Assembly (NCBI GenBank): GCA_010909165.1
Contig: MU008159.1
Coordinates: 1,984,001-2,048,000, forward strand
Origin: Anthoceros angustus
Lineage: Eukaryota > Plantae > Anthocerotophyta
DNA: 64,000 nt
Direction: 5' to 3'
Of this stretch, positions 49,055-61,083 are shown piece after piece. Numbering within the stretch: position 1 is the first letter of the stretch; the number at the start of each line of letters is the position of its first letter. Below the pieces are notes generated by a model. The model saw only the letters and a list, made by a program, of their open reading frames with translations, was not told where the DNA came from and did no database searches. A program made the position numbers and the translations under genes.

Positions 49055-51960
49055 TCAGAACACGTCCCCGAAATCCACCTCCGGGTCCAGCACCACGCCC
49101 AGGGCCTCACCCATGGCGGCGACAGGGCTGGAGGGAGGAGTGCGGCCCCCGACGGTGGAGACAGAATCCGGCGGGCGGAAGGGCTTGGGCACCTCCGGGG
49201 GAGTGGCGCATCGGATGAGCGCCCAGTTCACGCAGTGGAAGAAGGGGTGCGCCTTGATCTCCGCCGCCCCCCGCGCCGAGCCCAGCCGCTTGTGGGGATC
49301 CTTGGCCAGCAGCCCCTTGATGAGCGCCTTAGCGTCCTGGCACACGACATCATCGTCCTCCTCGTCATCCTGCTCCTCCTCGCTGCCCGGCTCCTCCGGG
49401 AAGCGCAGCGCCTGGGTGAGCACGTTCCTCAGCGTCCCCTGGTTGTCCGCCCCCCGGAATGGCGTCTTCCCGTAGAGCAGCTCGAAGAGGAAGATCCCGA
49501 ACGTCCACCAATCCACGGCACTCCCGTGGCCCTCCCCGGAGATGATCTCCGGCGCCAGGTACTCGTGGGTGCCGACGAAGGACATGGATCTGGCCTCCGT
49601 CGGCTCCGCCACCAGCTCCGGCAGCGGCACCACCTGGTTGCTGAAGGACTCACGCCGCACATGCCTCCTCCGGAAGCTCCCCGACAACCCCATCCCGATC
49701 CCGATCCCGATCCCGCCCCCGGAGGAGGAGCAGGTGGAAGACGCCCCAGAGTTCCTCCTCGCCAACCTGGGCGACCTGGGCGACCTGGGCGACCCCGGGA
49801 CCCCGGACAGGCTGCAGGAGGGGATCCTGCAGGCCGGCATGATGCAAGAGGTGAGGTTGAGCACGTGGTGGTTGTAGGCAGAGAAGGAGAAGGAGAAGGC
49901 AGCCCGCTTGAGAGGAGACATGGGGGAAGACGGCGCGGACGGGGAGTTCCAGTTCCAGCGCAGCAGCGTGGGGCTGACATCGCACTTGAGCGAGAGGTCG
50001 AAGTCGGAGAGCATGATGTGGCCGTCTTTGCGCACCAGCACGTTCTCCGGTTTCAGGTCCCGGTACACCACGCCCATCATGTGGAGGTACTCCAGGGCGA
50101 GGAGCACCTCGGCGGCGTAGAACCTGGCCGCGCTGTTGGCGAAGCGCTTCCCGGGCTGCGCCTGGCGGAGGGAATGCAGGTCCCCCCCCGGGCAGAACTC
50201 CATCACCAGGCAGGAGAATTGGGGGGTGTCGAAGTGAGCGTAGAGCGTGGGGAGGAAAGGGTGGTCCAGGGACTCCAGAATCTCCCGCTCCGTCTGCGCC
50301 CGCTCCTGCTTCTTCCTGTTCTCCAGAGCTCCCTTGTCCATCACCTTCATGGCGAAGTAGCAGGCGGTGCCCCGGAGCTCCGCCAGGTACACGCTCCCGA
50401 TGTCCCCGCTCCCCAGGCGCTTGAGCAGGCTGAAGTGGCTGAGCCCCACGGCCCCGTCCCGGGAGCGCGTGCTCCGCACCGCCTCCCAGTTGGGATCGTT
50501 GGCCTTGTGCGGCTTGGTGGGCGTGGCGCCCCCCGTGCCCGTGCCCGGGCCAGGGCCTGAGCCGGCCCCGTCCCCGCCGGGGCCGGGATGCAGAAGGGTC
50601 GAACGAGCTGCTGCCGTCCCCGTCCGAGTCCGAGTCCCCAGCGCTGCTGGGCCTGGCCGACGGGGACGCCTCCCTCGCCCGCGATTGCACCGGCCTCCCC
50701 TCCAGCGCATGCGCCGCCACCTCCTCCGGCTGCCCCGGCGCGAAATCGTACTGGGCGGCGTCGAAATCCGTGCCCCGCCCCGCCTCCAGGTCCTGCAAAT
50801 TGATCACCACCGCCGCCTTCTTCCGCTCTTCTGGGACACGCTCCTCCTCACGTGGGGAGCACGCACCAGCCGCCGCCGCATCCATGGCAATCCCGGCGGC
50901 CCAAACCGCAGGAGTAGCAGCAGAAACAAGCACTCCGACGGCGCCGCCACCGCCGCTCCTGGTATAAGAAGAAGCACCCGAGGCCGCAGGAGCCGGGGAC
51001 TGGGAGGAAGAAGAAGCAGGAGTTTTGGAGCCCTGAAGGTCGTGCATCCCGGGCGGGGGCGGGCCGGGCGGCCCGGGCCCGGGATTCCTCTTCACCTCGA
51101 ACACCAGGGACCTGGCCAAGCCCAGCTCGCCCGACTTGCTCCTGCCTTGCCCGTCTCCCGATCTGGCCCGGGCGGGGCGGCCCCAGCTCCCCGGACTTGC
51201 TCTTGGGCGGGGTTCTGCAGGGGACGGATCGGGACTGGCCCGCCCCGCCGCCGCCCGTCCTGCCATCGCCATCCATCTCGGGGACTGGAGAAATCCCCTG
51301 CCCGAAACTAGAGCGTTCCTCGGGGACAAGCTCTGCCTGCCGGGGCCGGTCGGAGCCCGCTCCTTCTTCGCTGCCGGGGTTGCTGGTGATGCCGCTGCAG
51401 GTACTGTAGCTCCGTTGGGCAGGGCATGGGCATGGGTGGGAGAGGAGGCCGTGGGGCCGGCGCGCTTCTTGGGAGCTCGGGGATTGGTGCTGCCGATGCC
51501 CATGCCGGTGGTGGTGGTGGTGGTGGTGATGGCGGGAGCGGGAGCGGGAGCGGGTGCGGAGCGGAGCGGAGGCCTTCCTGGCCACATTGGCACCTGCCGC
51601 CTCCGGGCGGGCTTGGCTGGGGCAATTCCGGCAGCGCCTGCTCCTGCTTGCCGCTGCCGCCTTTGGCAAACCTGTTTCTCACGGACCCCGCGATGCCCAT
51701 GCCCATGCCCATGCCCATGCCGGTCTTCTTCTTGGAGACGGAGTTGGCGTGGCCTTGTTGATGCTGGGCGTCCTCCTTGAGCAGCATTGCGTGGAGCTTG
51801 GGCGGGCTTGGTTGGGTCGAGCGCTGATGTCCGTGCGGCTGGGCGGCGGCGGCAAGCCGTCGTCCAGCGCCGCCGCCGACGCCAGTGTTGCATCCGGAGA
51901 GGCTTCGTCGTCGCTGGATTTGCAGGGCGCGATGACATCGCCTCGCCCCAGCAGCCTCAT
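49055..51960 (-). CDS. Second AGCVIII AGC1-clade kinase (D6PK/KIPK-like), intronless and very GC-rich; N-terminal extension broken across reading frames
   Basis: ORF 49055-50710 has a complete kinase domain ([65 protein letters not shown], ending DFGDVF) with no intron at AR-FY. Upstream protein-like sequence is split among three frames (starts 51960 or 51787; ORF 49650-51938). The start is uncertain. Confidence 0.85.
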
Positions 51961-52616
51961 AGCGCCTGCCGCCCCTCCCAACCTGCTTTCTGCCCCTCCC
52001 AACCTGCTTTCTGCCCCTCTGCTCTCGACCTCTCTGCCTTCTGTCTACCTATGTACATGCTTTCTTACTCGGACTGCCATATAAGTGCGAATTATACAAT
52101 TAAAAAGAAATAGGTTTTTAACATGTTTGAGGGTGTAGTTGGTCCGCCTCCTGGAGACCTTCTTCACCAACAAAAACCCTCACCTCGCTCTTTACGTTTT
52201 CCTTGCTTTTCGGCGTCTCTTTGGGCTGAGGGCTCAATTTGTTGTTGCCAAGGCCTCCATGTCGGTGAAGCGATACCACTTTAGACCTTTTATTCCCCTC
52301 CACACCCCTCTCTAACCACCTCATCCATAAGGCAATCAAATATCGATACCTTTACTTGGTACCCTATTCCCTTAACAGCACCTCGCTTCTTTATTTTAAG
52401 GAGCACTTTAGCTCTTTAACTAGTCAATCAATTTCGTGTCAGCTCCCATCAACTCCGAGTTGAGACCAACTGCTGGCTAGAGGCGGCACCTCCTTAGGAA
52501 GACCACGTTTGCAGGCTTTGCTCTTCTACTACAGATTGTGAAATACACTTTTTATTTTAATGCCTTGCTTTTAACAACATCAGGACCAAATATTCTATCC
52601 TTTTGAGTGTGCAGGC

Positions 52617-52742
52617 TTTTTTTCCTTTCATATTCCCAACAAGCTTTGTGCTCTCTGTTTTTTTTCCTTTCATATTCCCAACAAGCTTTGTGCTCTCTAC
52701 TTTTTTTCCTTTCATATTCCCAACAAGCTTTGTGCTCTCTGT
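52617..52742. repeat. 42-bp tandem repeat x3
   Basis: CATATTCCCAACAAGCTTTGTGCTCTCT at 52629, 52671 and 52713. Confidence 0.92.
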
Positions 52743-55700
52743 CTTTATGAAATGCTTGATCATAGGCTGTCCTTGCTTGGCCCCGTAACTTTCTTGTCCT
52801 TCCTCCACCTTCTATTCTCCTTGTTTTTTCTCTGCACTTCCATCTTCTATTCTCCTTGTTTTTTTTTTTTCTAGTGCAGAGGTACGTATGCGTACACCTC
52901 CCTCATCCGATTTAGGGCTGTACAAGTTGTGTCTCATGGTGGTTCTTCAAGTTAGGACATAAATAAAATTGTTGTGGTTGGTCATGAACATTTTCTCATA
53001 CGCTAGAGGTTTCCGGTTCGATCCGCCTAGCGCCCTAACCCCCTGTCTAAGTCTTGCCCAATTTTGCCCTCCGCATTGCGACCTATGGTAGAGGGACCAC
53101 GGAGCATGCGACCAAGATTGGCAAGACAAAAGTAGAACTGGGCGGTGGCAGACCGGGGTCAAGCCGGGCCATGCGGCAATACAATAAGTTAGGTAACGTA
53201 GGTGGCTGCCACTGGCATCACATGACATTGGCAAAAGGTACCTGGCTACCGTCACCGCAGTCCCGGTGGTGGGGGACCAGGACCAGGACCAGGACCAGGC
53301 AAAGGAAAGGAAAGGAGAGGAAAAAGTGGAAAAGCTGCGGGCCCACCCACTCATGCGACTGGGGCTTTCGCAACGGGCGAACTGCGAGCCTCATCATCGT
53401 GAGCAGTCTGCTGCATTGTGCACAAATGCTCAAGTGCGCTATTTGTGGCCCCAATTCCAATCATTCATTCCCCTCTCATGGGTTTATAGGCGGATGCTGC
53501 TAGTGCTTATCCCACAATCACAGCCTAGTTATGTATATTATGCGTGGATTGATATCACAGATCAAATCGTCTCCGGTGGTAAGTCTATGAGCCCATGTAG
53601 CTATTTCAAGTATAAGCTAGGTCGTAGGTCGTTGGTATGGGATAAGCCATATCAAGAAGCACGCAAGAAAAGAAGAAGAAAATTGTATTGGGTGTTCAAG
53701 GTTGTGAAGTAATAAGCAAGCAAAGCAAGCAAGCGGCATGGGCAGCGTGGGGCCAAAATGTGAATGGGTGAATCGGTGGCGGAATTTAGCGTGAACGGTG
53801 AGGACAGCAGACATTAAATGCGGCCCTGGGTGGCAGAGCAGGATAAAAAGACAGAGTGATTTGGGGGCCCATTGGAGCAATGATCATCTGGCAGGCTTAG
53901 CGCGTAGAAGCGGGAGCTGCCAGACTCCAGTTCCAAAGATAGGCGGGAGCGTACCCGGGGCTGCATTATGGCGCCTCCCTCTCCATTGGCCCGCGTCCTG
54001 CTCCTCGTCCTTGCTTCCTTCCTTCCGCGGCCATCCCGAGTGGAAATCCCGTCCAACTTGTGATGGAGTGGGTTGCGAAACTTGGATTCCTTCCCAATCC
54101 CGTTCCCGGTGCCTCTACCTCAGGCCCCGCGTCCGCTCCAGATTCGCTGCTCTCGGATACGCCGCTCCGCTTACATAATTTGGCCCCACTGCACACAAGT
54201 ACAGCACGCCGCCCGGTTTAGCGCGCTGCTTGGCCTTCCTTCAACAATGGCCGCTTCGGCTTCTCCTTTGCTCGCTTCCTGCCTTCCCATGGTTGACGGG
54301 AACGAATATTGGCAGAGTCATCAAGTGAGTTGCGCGGCATGAGGCTCGGTCCAAGCTCTGACGGTTAATGCATCATCACGTCTGATGCTCCCTGCATGTA
54401 GCAAGCCGCTTGTTTATTGAGCAAGGTGCATGGGAGAGTTGGGAAGTGCCCAGCTAGCGCTCCAGGCTGCCATCGTCTTGAAGCGCCATGGCAGATGGCA
54501 GATGCGGGGCATGGGAAGTGTGCCCCGTGCCCACGTTGTTATGAGGCGTGGAGTCTCGAGTTGGACCGGTAATGCGTCTGTAAATGACATGGGAGCGAGC
54601 ATCGAGGCACGCTACCAAGGCTCTTGGAGGAGAAGCCTGGAAGAAATAGACTGGTGGCCCATGGGGCACTAGGGCATCTCACAGGGGCAAGGAAAGAAGC
54701 TTGGTTGCAGGCTGGCAGCACCCCAGGTCCAGTGTGTACCGTGCAGTGTGCACCAGTCACAGCCCGCCCGTTGGGGAACCGTTTGTGGGTGCCCCGCTTT
54801 TGCGCATGACATTACTCCCATGCCATCTCCCGCACGTGAGCCATCAAGTCTCCTTATCTGGAGCAACGGGAGCAGCACACAACGGGGTTCTCAGCTTTTT
54901 CTTTTCTCTGGTTGCCGGCGACTGGCACGGGATGCATGCCATTGCGAGTTTGCAAACATGGGAGATGGTGGGATAAGGATCATGGAATGTGAACTGCGTG
55001 GCCTCGGGCCACCCCACGGGCCACCAGGTAGAGACAGGAAGAACGGAATGGAGGCCAAGGCCATCTGCACGGTCTGCTTTGCAGGCTCGCAGCTTGGAAG
55101 AGAAGCAACAGAGACAGGCACCAAACCCCGTAATCTGGCATTTTGTACAAGGCCAGGCAGCGGGAGCCGGTTTGAATCCGGATTTCTGTCCCAAGACCGA
55201 CACCCTTGTTGTCTGGCAAAGGCACTGCTCTCATGACTGCAGTCTGCACCACTTCAAGACTTTGTGCTGTCAAAATACAGTCATGAGCCAGACTCCGGTG
55301 TGAAGAAAGCTTATTTTGTACAGGCGGACTGGGAGGCGATCGGCGCCTACGAGATACGGTGCCGGTGTTGCAAATTTCCAGCAGGGATGTTGCAGCTTGG
55401 ACAGTGCGCAGTGGGCCGCTCAGTGCGCAGGCCGCAGGAAATCCAGGCCAGTCCAGACCTGGTCCGGGGCCCTAGGCACGGGGAACCCAGAAAATGTGTC
55501 ATGCAAGGGCGTGGGGAGGGCCACGCAGGAGTAGGAACAAGGATTTGGACTCTCTTGGCCCCTTATTATAGCAATATCCGCAACAAACAAGAAGAGAGAA
55601 TCATCACACCGTCTCGAGTGTGGAGTCTCTGGAGTCTGGACACAGCAATGGAAGGCTCAACTTTCCAGGCGAACCAAGCCAAAAATCGCTGCCTGGCTGC

Positions 55701-55802
55701 TGCCTCCATCTCCTGGCCTGCTCGCTGCCTGGCAGTGCCTCGGCGGGGCATGCACAAAACAAACATATGTATAATATTTTCTTCCACAAGTGTCTGTCAC
55801 AT

Positions 55803-55883
55803 GCAGCTTTGGCCGAGTGGTTAAGGCGTGTGCCTGCTAAGTACATGGGTTCGCCCGCGAGAGTTCGAATCTCTCAGGCTGCG
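55803..55883 (+). tRNA. tRNA-Ser(GCU)
   Basis: GCAGCTTTGGCCGAGTGGTTAAGGCGTGTGCCTGCTAAGTACATGGGTTCGCCCGCGAGAGTTCGAATCTCTCAGGCTGCG has the anticodon loop CTGCTAA, a long variable arm and intact A and B boxes. Confidence 0.97.
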
Positions 55884-55897
55884 ACTGAGGCTGTTGA

Positions 55898-55902
55898 TTT
55901 TT
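55898..55902 (+). terminator. Pol III terminator (T5) of tRNA-Ser
   Basis: Five Ts 15 nt after the tRNA 3' end. Confidence 0.8.
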
Positions 55903-56093
55903 AGCCTCTTCCGAGCCCAATGTTGTTAACTTCTATGTAGTGATGCAACCCTGGGCTTTACTTACAGGGACTTATGTTTGTGTGTACAATGAGCTCTTTG
56001 AGAGGCGCGGCCCGCGAGGGTCCATGTAAATTCCCGTATCAGCGCACCGACCAAACGAACACACGAGCATCGTGGCAGATTAAAAGTGTCGTC

Positions 56094-57855
56094 TAGAGTG
56101 GACTCTGTCCACACCGGTTACTAGCTGGTTATGGTTTAGCAAGGCGGGCGGACCAGACATCGGTGACTGTACAAGGACCGAATAACGGGAAACGAGAAAC
56201 GGGGTTTTTTAGGGCCGTTTGCAACGAGCCCAGACGACCGAGCTGGGCCGCGGTCGCAGCAGTCGCTACCGCGGCACCGCTGGCCTGGTCCTGGGCCTGG
56301 GCCTGGGCCCTGGCCCAGGGCCCTGGACCTGGGCCTGCCACCCCTGGTGGGCCCTCGCTGCCTACTGTCTCGGTGCAAACACGCCTGCGCCATGGCAGGT
56401 ATGTACCGCCTTGGGCAGCATGTCGGCAGTGAGAAGGTTGCACGACCGACCCACCCAGCTTTTCAAACGGGAACGTCTTTTGCCCCCCACGTCCTTTTGC
56501 TATTTGGAAAATTCTATACACTTGAAATAAAGGTAACTAATCAAGGTTAGAATAAAGAGTATAGTTAGATTATAGTTAAATATTAAGTTGATAAATTTTA
56601 TAATATTATATCTAAAGTTTAATAAAAGAAAGAAGATAAAAGGAAGAAGCTCCTAAGGACTCATGTTTCATAAATTTGCTAACAAGAAGTCTTCAATTTT
56701 TCTAGAAAGAAAAGAAAGATGAGTTATTAAAACATGTTATAAAATATATATGAATATATAGAGTATATACTGTAATAATTAATTATATACATATAACAAT
56801 CAGTTGGCCCAGACATTATCTCAATAATGCAAGTGAAATAATACGCCTAGTCCTATCATTTATTGACGCATTTACTGACGAACACACCGAGCACCACACA
56901 CAACCAGTCCTATCATTTACTGACACGCTGAGCACTACACACAACCAGACATGCTGAGCACTACACACAACCAGTCTTGACGAACACACCGAGCACCACA
57001 CACAACCAGTCCTATCATTTACCGACACGCTGAGCACTACACACAACCAGTCCTATCATTTACTGATGAACACATCGAGCAACACACACAACATGAATGA
57101 TATCATGTCCTCAGAACCAAAAGAACCAAAAGCGAGAGAGATTATATTGCATAGACTAAGGAGAATAAAATCAAACGCTAATGTCTAAGTACAAAACATG
57201 TCAAGAGATATCATTAACAGCCAGCGGTAGTATTAGTTACGTACAAAACATGTCAAGAGATATCATTTACGGCCAGCGGTAGTATTAGTTACGCACACCG
57301 ACCCACGAAACAAAAACGGGAGAGACAATTAGACTACGGAGGAAACTGCTCCTTACGCTACGGCACTCACGTGCGGCAAATTTGGGTCCCTCCACCAATT
57401 AAAATGCATGAGCCATATCACATGAACTTTGTCTCTTTTGCAGAGAGTTTATCTCAATCCAGGTGTCTCACAAATGAGTTCTTTTACTCGAGGCTTGGAC
57501 GTGCGTTCTTGCCGTTCTTGCCCTAAGACTTTGTCTATGTGTATCTTAGTCGTAGTACCGTGGAATCATGACTTCCTCTTGTCCTTGTGGATCTTATTTC
57601 ATGTAGGACATTCGCTATCTAGATCGTGTTCTTGTGGATAATCCGTTGAAGGTCTATGAATATCTTTCAACATATTTTTGAAAGATACACATTTACTAGT
57701 AAGTTAGACAAATCTTGGTTCAAGCCATACATACATACATTACAGCAAACCAAATCCAAAAAGAACAAGAATTAGGTTAAAGATAGGGTTAGCAGTGATT
57801 AGGTTATATATACCATGGGGATAATTGCGCAATCGGGATCGCGGAGGTTTGGTAG
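56094..57855. mobile_element. Non-autonomous element, copy 1 (hAT-like?)
   Basis: Homologous to 61157-63460 at its left end (CTGTCCACACCGGTT, GCGGTCGCAGCAGTCGCTACC, CTGCCACCCCTGGTGGG) and right part (AGAATTAGGTTAAAG, GATAATTGCG). It starts TAGAG and has AAACGG/TAACGG subterminal motifs. No matching right TIR or TSD was found. Confidence 0.6.
56840..57095. repeat. Modular minisatellite built from GTCCTATCATTTACTGAC and GAGCAC(C/T)ACACACAACCA blocks
   Basis: Six ACACACAAC-containing modules in shuffled order. A separate 52-bp duplication lies at 57189-57292. Confidence 0.9.
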
Positions 57856-58392
57856 CCCAGGCGAGCGCCATTTTAGCACGATAACCAGGCACGGTCAGGA
57901 GGCCAGGGCCAAGACCAGGGCCTGGCAGACGACCGGGCCTCATGTCATGTGTACAAGACGTCCAGGGGCGCGAAGAATTAATACGCAGACGGACGGCCTG
58001 GTGAAGGAGCGCACAGCAGCGGGGCCCGGCCCCTGGTGCTGCAATTTAAGCAAGGGCCTACCAAGGCTTGTACCCGATTAGCAGCGTGAGAGCGCCAGCA
58101 TGAGTACTGATCCACAGCCGTGATGCACCCAGCTCACAAATTCTGAGCCCAGGCATCGGTCGGCTTCCATTTTGCCAGCTCTAGATTGTACGTGATTGTT
58201 TGCGTCACCTCCCAGCACATCCCACTCTCACGCGTTTCCTCGCATTCGCTCACAGCCTCCTCTTTGCCCTTGCCGAGGTCGCGCCTTCCGCTGGAACCCT
58301 GGCCAGCTTGGGAGTGCGAGCTGTGTGTGGTGTGGAGTGTGTTGGCGGCGGTGGGACTCAGGCTGCAGCAACAAGTGGTAAGCCCGCGCCAA

Positions 58393-60474
58393 ATGGGGGA
58401 AGGGCACATGTACCCGGACGGTCTGGAGTGTTTGGACGAGATCTTCAGCGGGGTTTTGAGCGGGAATTGGCAGCTGCCGCCACCGCTGGAGGTGCGCGAT
58501 GATTTCATGCTGGCTGGAGGACAATGGCCGCAGGCTCAGCGGCCTGAGTATGTTCAAGAGCCTGACACTGAGCCCCTACAGTCTAACAGCCCCGACTCCG
58601 AGCCCGTGTTTGGGTCGGAGGATGCGTGGACCCGGAATGCGGCTGTGCGACCGGATTGGTTCTTTGACGCCGGTTTCCGTGAGTTCATTCCCCCTGCGGC
58701 CGAAGGGGGTGGGATATGCAGGTCACGTGGTGATGACCAAGACACGGAGCCATCAGACACCGAGCAGGATGACCGTGCCGGAGCAGCACCAGCTCCGGCT
58801 CCGCCACCGCACGGCTACCGGTCGACGCGAGTGGTGGTTCCTTTGAGCTGCTGCAACAACAACGTCGACCCTCTCCACCCACCAGCGCAGCAACAGGCAG
58901 GTACCAGCCCTCAGCGTCTGTCGGCCCGGGAGCGCAGGATGGCTGAAGACGCGGAGTTTGAGCGGGCCCTGAACGCTGGGCTTTTCGCGCCACCTCGGCG
59001 CTGGACTGACGAGGAGAGAATGATCCAGCCTCCTGTGCTGGTGGACAGCCGGCGCTGCTTGGACCTGCAGCCTGGCGAGATGGCGATACTCAGTTGGAGC
59101 GGCGGGGACGGCAGCACCGGACCCGGATCTGTAGCGGGCGCAGCCTCGGCGACGCAGCGTGGGCTGGAGGGGGCGTTCTTGTCGACCGCGGCTCCGACGT
59201 GCGGACGCCCTAGCAGGCCCGGCGGTACCGCCAAGACGGAATTACCCAAGCTCAAGCCTGCGCAAGAGGTGAGTTCAAATGAAGCATTGCCGGTGAAGTT
59301 GAAGGAGGCCGTGGAGGATCCCGGCCGATTGCGAGGCATCCTAACCCCCCGTTTGCAGGAGGAGCTCTCCACAGAATTGACGATCGATGTGAACGTTGAG
59401 GAGGGTGTGCTTCAGCTCCCATCACTGGCTCCACAAACCCTGGAGGATGAACTTCGACGGCTAACGCTGCAGCTGGGACCTCACGATGCTCTGGCAGTAC
59501 CGGGAGGGGATGCTCAGGCAGTACTGGGAGGGTCCATGAAGAGAAACAAGAAGAGACACCTACCCAGAGACAACGACGCGCGCGAGGGCAAGATCATGGC
59601 AGTAAACTTAGCGTCAAAGGAGCATGCAAGGAGAGCCGGGGCCACTGCTGTACCTCAGGTTGGAGTCGTACGTGAGACTCCTCAGGTTGAAAACCCATTC
59701 GGCATCCCAGACAGCGTCTCTCGCGTAAATCGGGTTAGAGGAGCAGCCAGGTACGACAGACGGAGGCCGGCAGCTGCTGAAGGAGGAGCTTCTGCTTTTC
59801 CCTCCGCCTCGGGATCCGAAGTCGGAATGGACCTGCCCAGGTCACCGGTCCAGCTCCAGAACGCGGTTGTGCAGCATCCGCCGACACCACACGGTTTCTC
59901 TCGGGGGAGTCTGACGGCAGAAGGTGAGATCCCGAGGGAATCGGGACGATGGAGTTTACTTGAAAGCTCGTCAATATTTTGGCATGACCAGCTCATCATC
60001 TTCGCGTCTGGCTCTCGTAGAACCTGCAGATCTGAAGTCCACGGGACTTGAAGGGGATCTGAGCCAGCTTACTCTCGTGAAAGAGGCTGATTCTACTGTC
60101 CCCGCAGGCTCAGACATTGGGGGACACAGTCCTGACGTTCATGGCAAGGCATCGTTTCGATACTACCATTCGGTCTTAATCTTACAATGGGCTAGGGTGT
60201 GTGTGGTTGCAGCTTTCTGCCATGTTGTTGAAAACAGCTTACAGATGTGCGTAAATTTCAGGGACAAGCGCTTCAGCCGGTGGCCGCAACACATTTGCGT
60301 TAGCTCGATCGCCCTACGACTGGTAACATCCGAAGCGTGCAATAACATTAGCTATACCTCGAAGCATGGGAAGTAATCTTGACATGCTCTCACACGTTGT
60401 AAGCTTTTGTACATTTGGCAACAGATCAGGCCGTCGTGGAGACTTCTAAAGGCAGGAGAGAGCGTCAGATCTAA
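58393..60474 (+). CDS. Orphan low-complexity protein (~560 aa), probably spliced
   Basis: A 1.5-kb stop-free exon starts at ATG 58393. A 106-nt GT-AG intron (59924-60029) joins in phase to a second exon (DLKSTGLEGD...). A third exon (60425-60474) would need a GC donor at 60144 and is speculative. No recognisable family. Confidence 0.6.
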
Positions 60475-60825
60475 CGATGCTCAAGATAACAGCGACATTT
60501 GGAGGCATGCCATGGGGCAATATAGACGATAGATGCAGCTTGCAGGGCCAAGTTAAACCTCCGAGACGTCCCCCGGGGCTTGAGAACTCGTTATGAACTC
60601 TGCTGCATGCAAACTCTGTGCTCACGTCGATATTCCCTCCAAGTATTTGATTGTGATCGATAATATTTTAATCATTATTTTCTCAAGTGCTAGGAAAAAG
60701 GAGAAGATTAAGAGTATCTCCGTGTGAGTTTCCAAAGTGAATCGATACAAGTAAATTCAATAAAACCTTTTTTACTTTCAGGTAGTTCCCAAGAGGCGTT
60801 TCAAGCATGGGTATCCATACGTTGA

Positions 60826-61083
60826 TCAGGCAATTTTCCTAAACCCAGATTCCATAGCAGTTTCTCTTGAAGCAACTCTAAAGCCACACCTGCCTAGCAT
60901 ATGTCCCGTGAAGGTCTGGAGACAATATTTGCATCGAGTTATAAAAATCATGTCTGATGGTAAGTAATACCCCGCAGCCACCGAGGTGACAACATCACCT
61001 TCGAGAATGTGCGAGTGAATCTCCTTCCCTTCATGCGGCACTACCACGCTGGCACAAGCCTGAAGCAAAGATGCAAACATAAC
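60826..61083 (-). pseudogene. PLS-class PPR protein fragment
   Basis: FASLLQACAS....EGKEIHSHIL is a classic PPR L/S motif. A shifted frame gives DANIVS...ALELLQE, and MLGRCG follows. There is no long ORF. Confidence 0.55.

Noticed and set aside
49235-51311. Long plus-strand ORFs (441 aa, 314 aa)
   Set aside because: Antisense shadows expected in very GC-rich coding DNA of the second AGC kinase.
52118-52808. Minus ORFs with an in-frame 14-aa repeat and a TGGTATCG PBS-like word
   Set aside because: Short ORFs in AT-rich repeat DNA with no LTR terminus or gag motif to support an element call.
54380-54450. miR160-like 12-mer GCTCCCTGCATG with a short fold-back
   Set aside because: The 5' seed and 3' end do not match miR160 and the stem is too short for a pre-miRNA.
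56840-57095. CRISPR-like repeat array
   Set aside because: Intervening segments are themselves repeated modules, not unique spacers; eukaryotic context and no cas genes.
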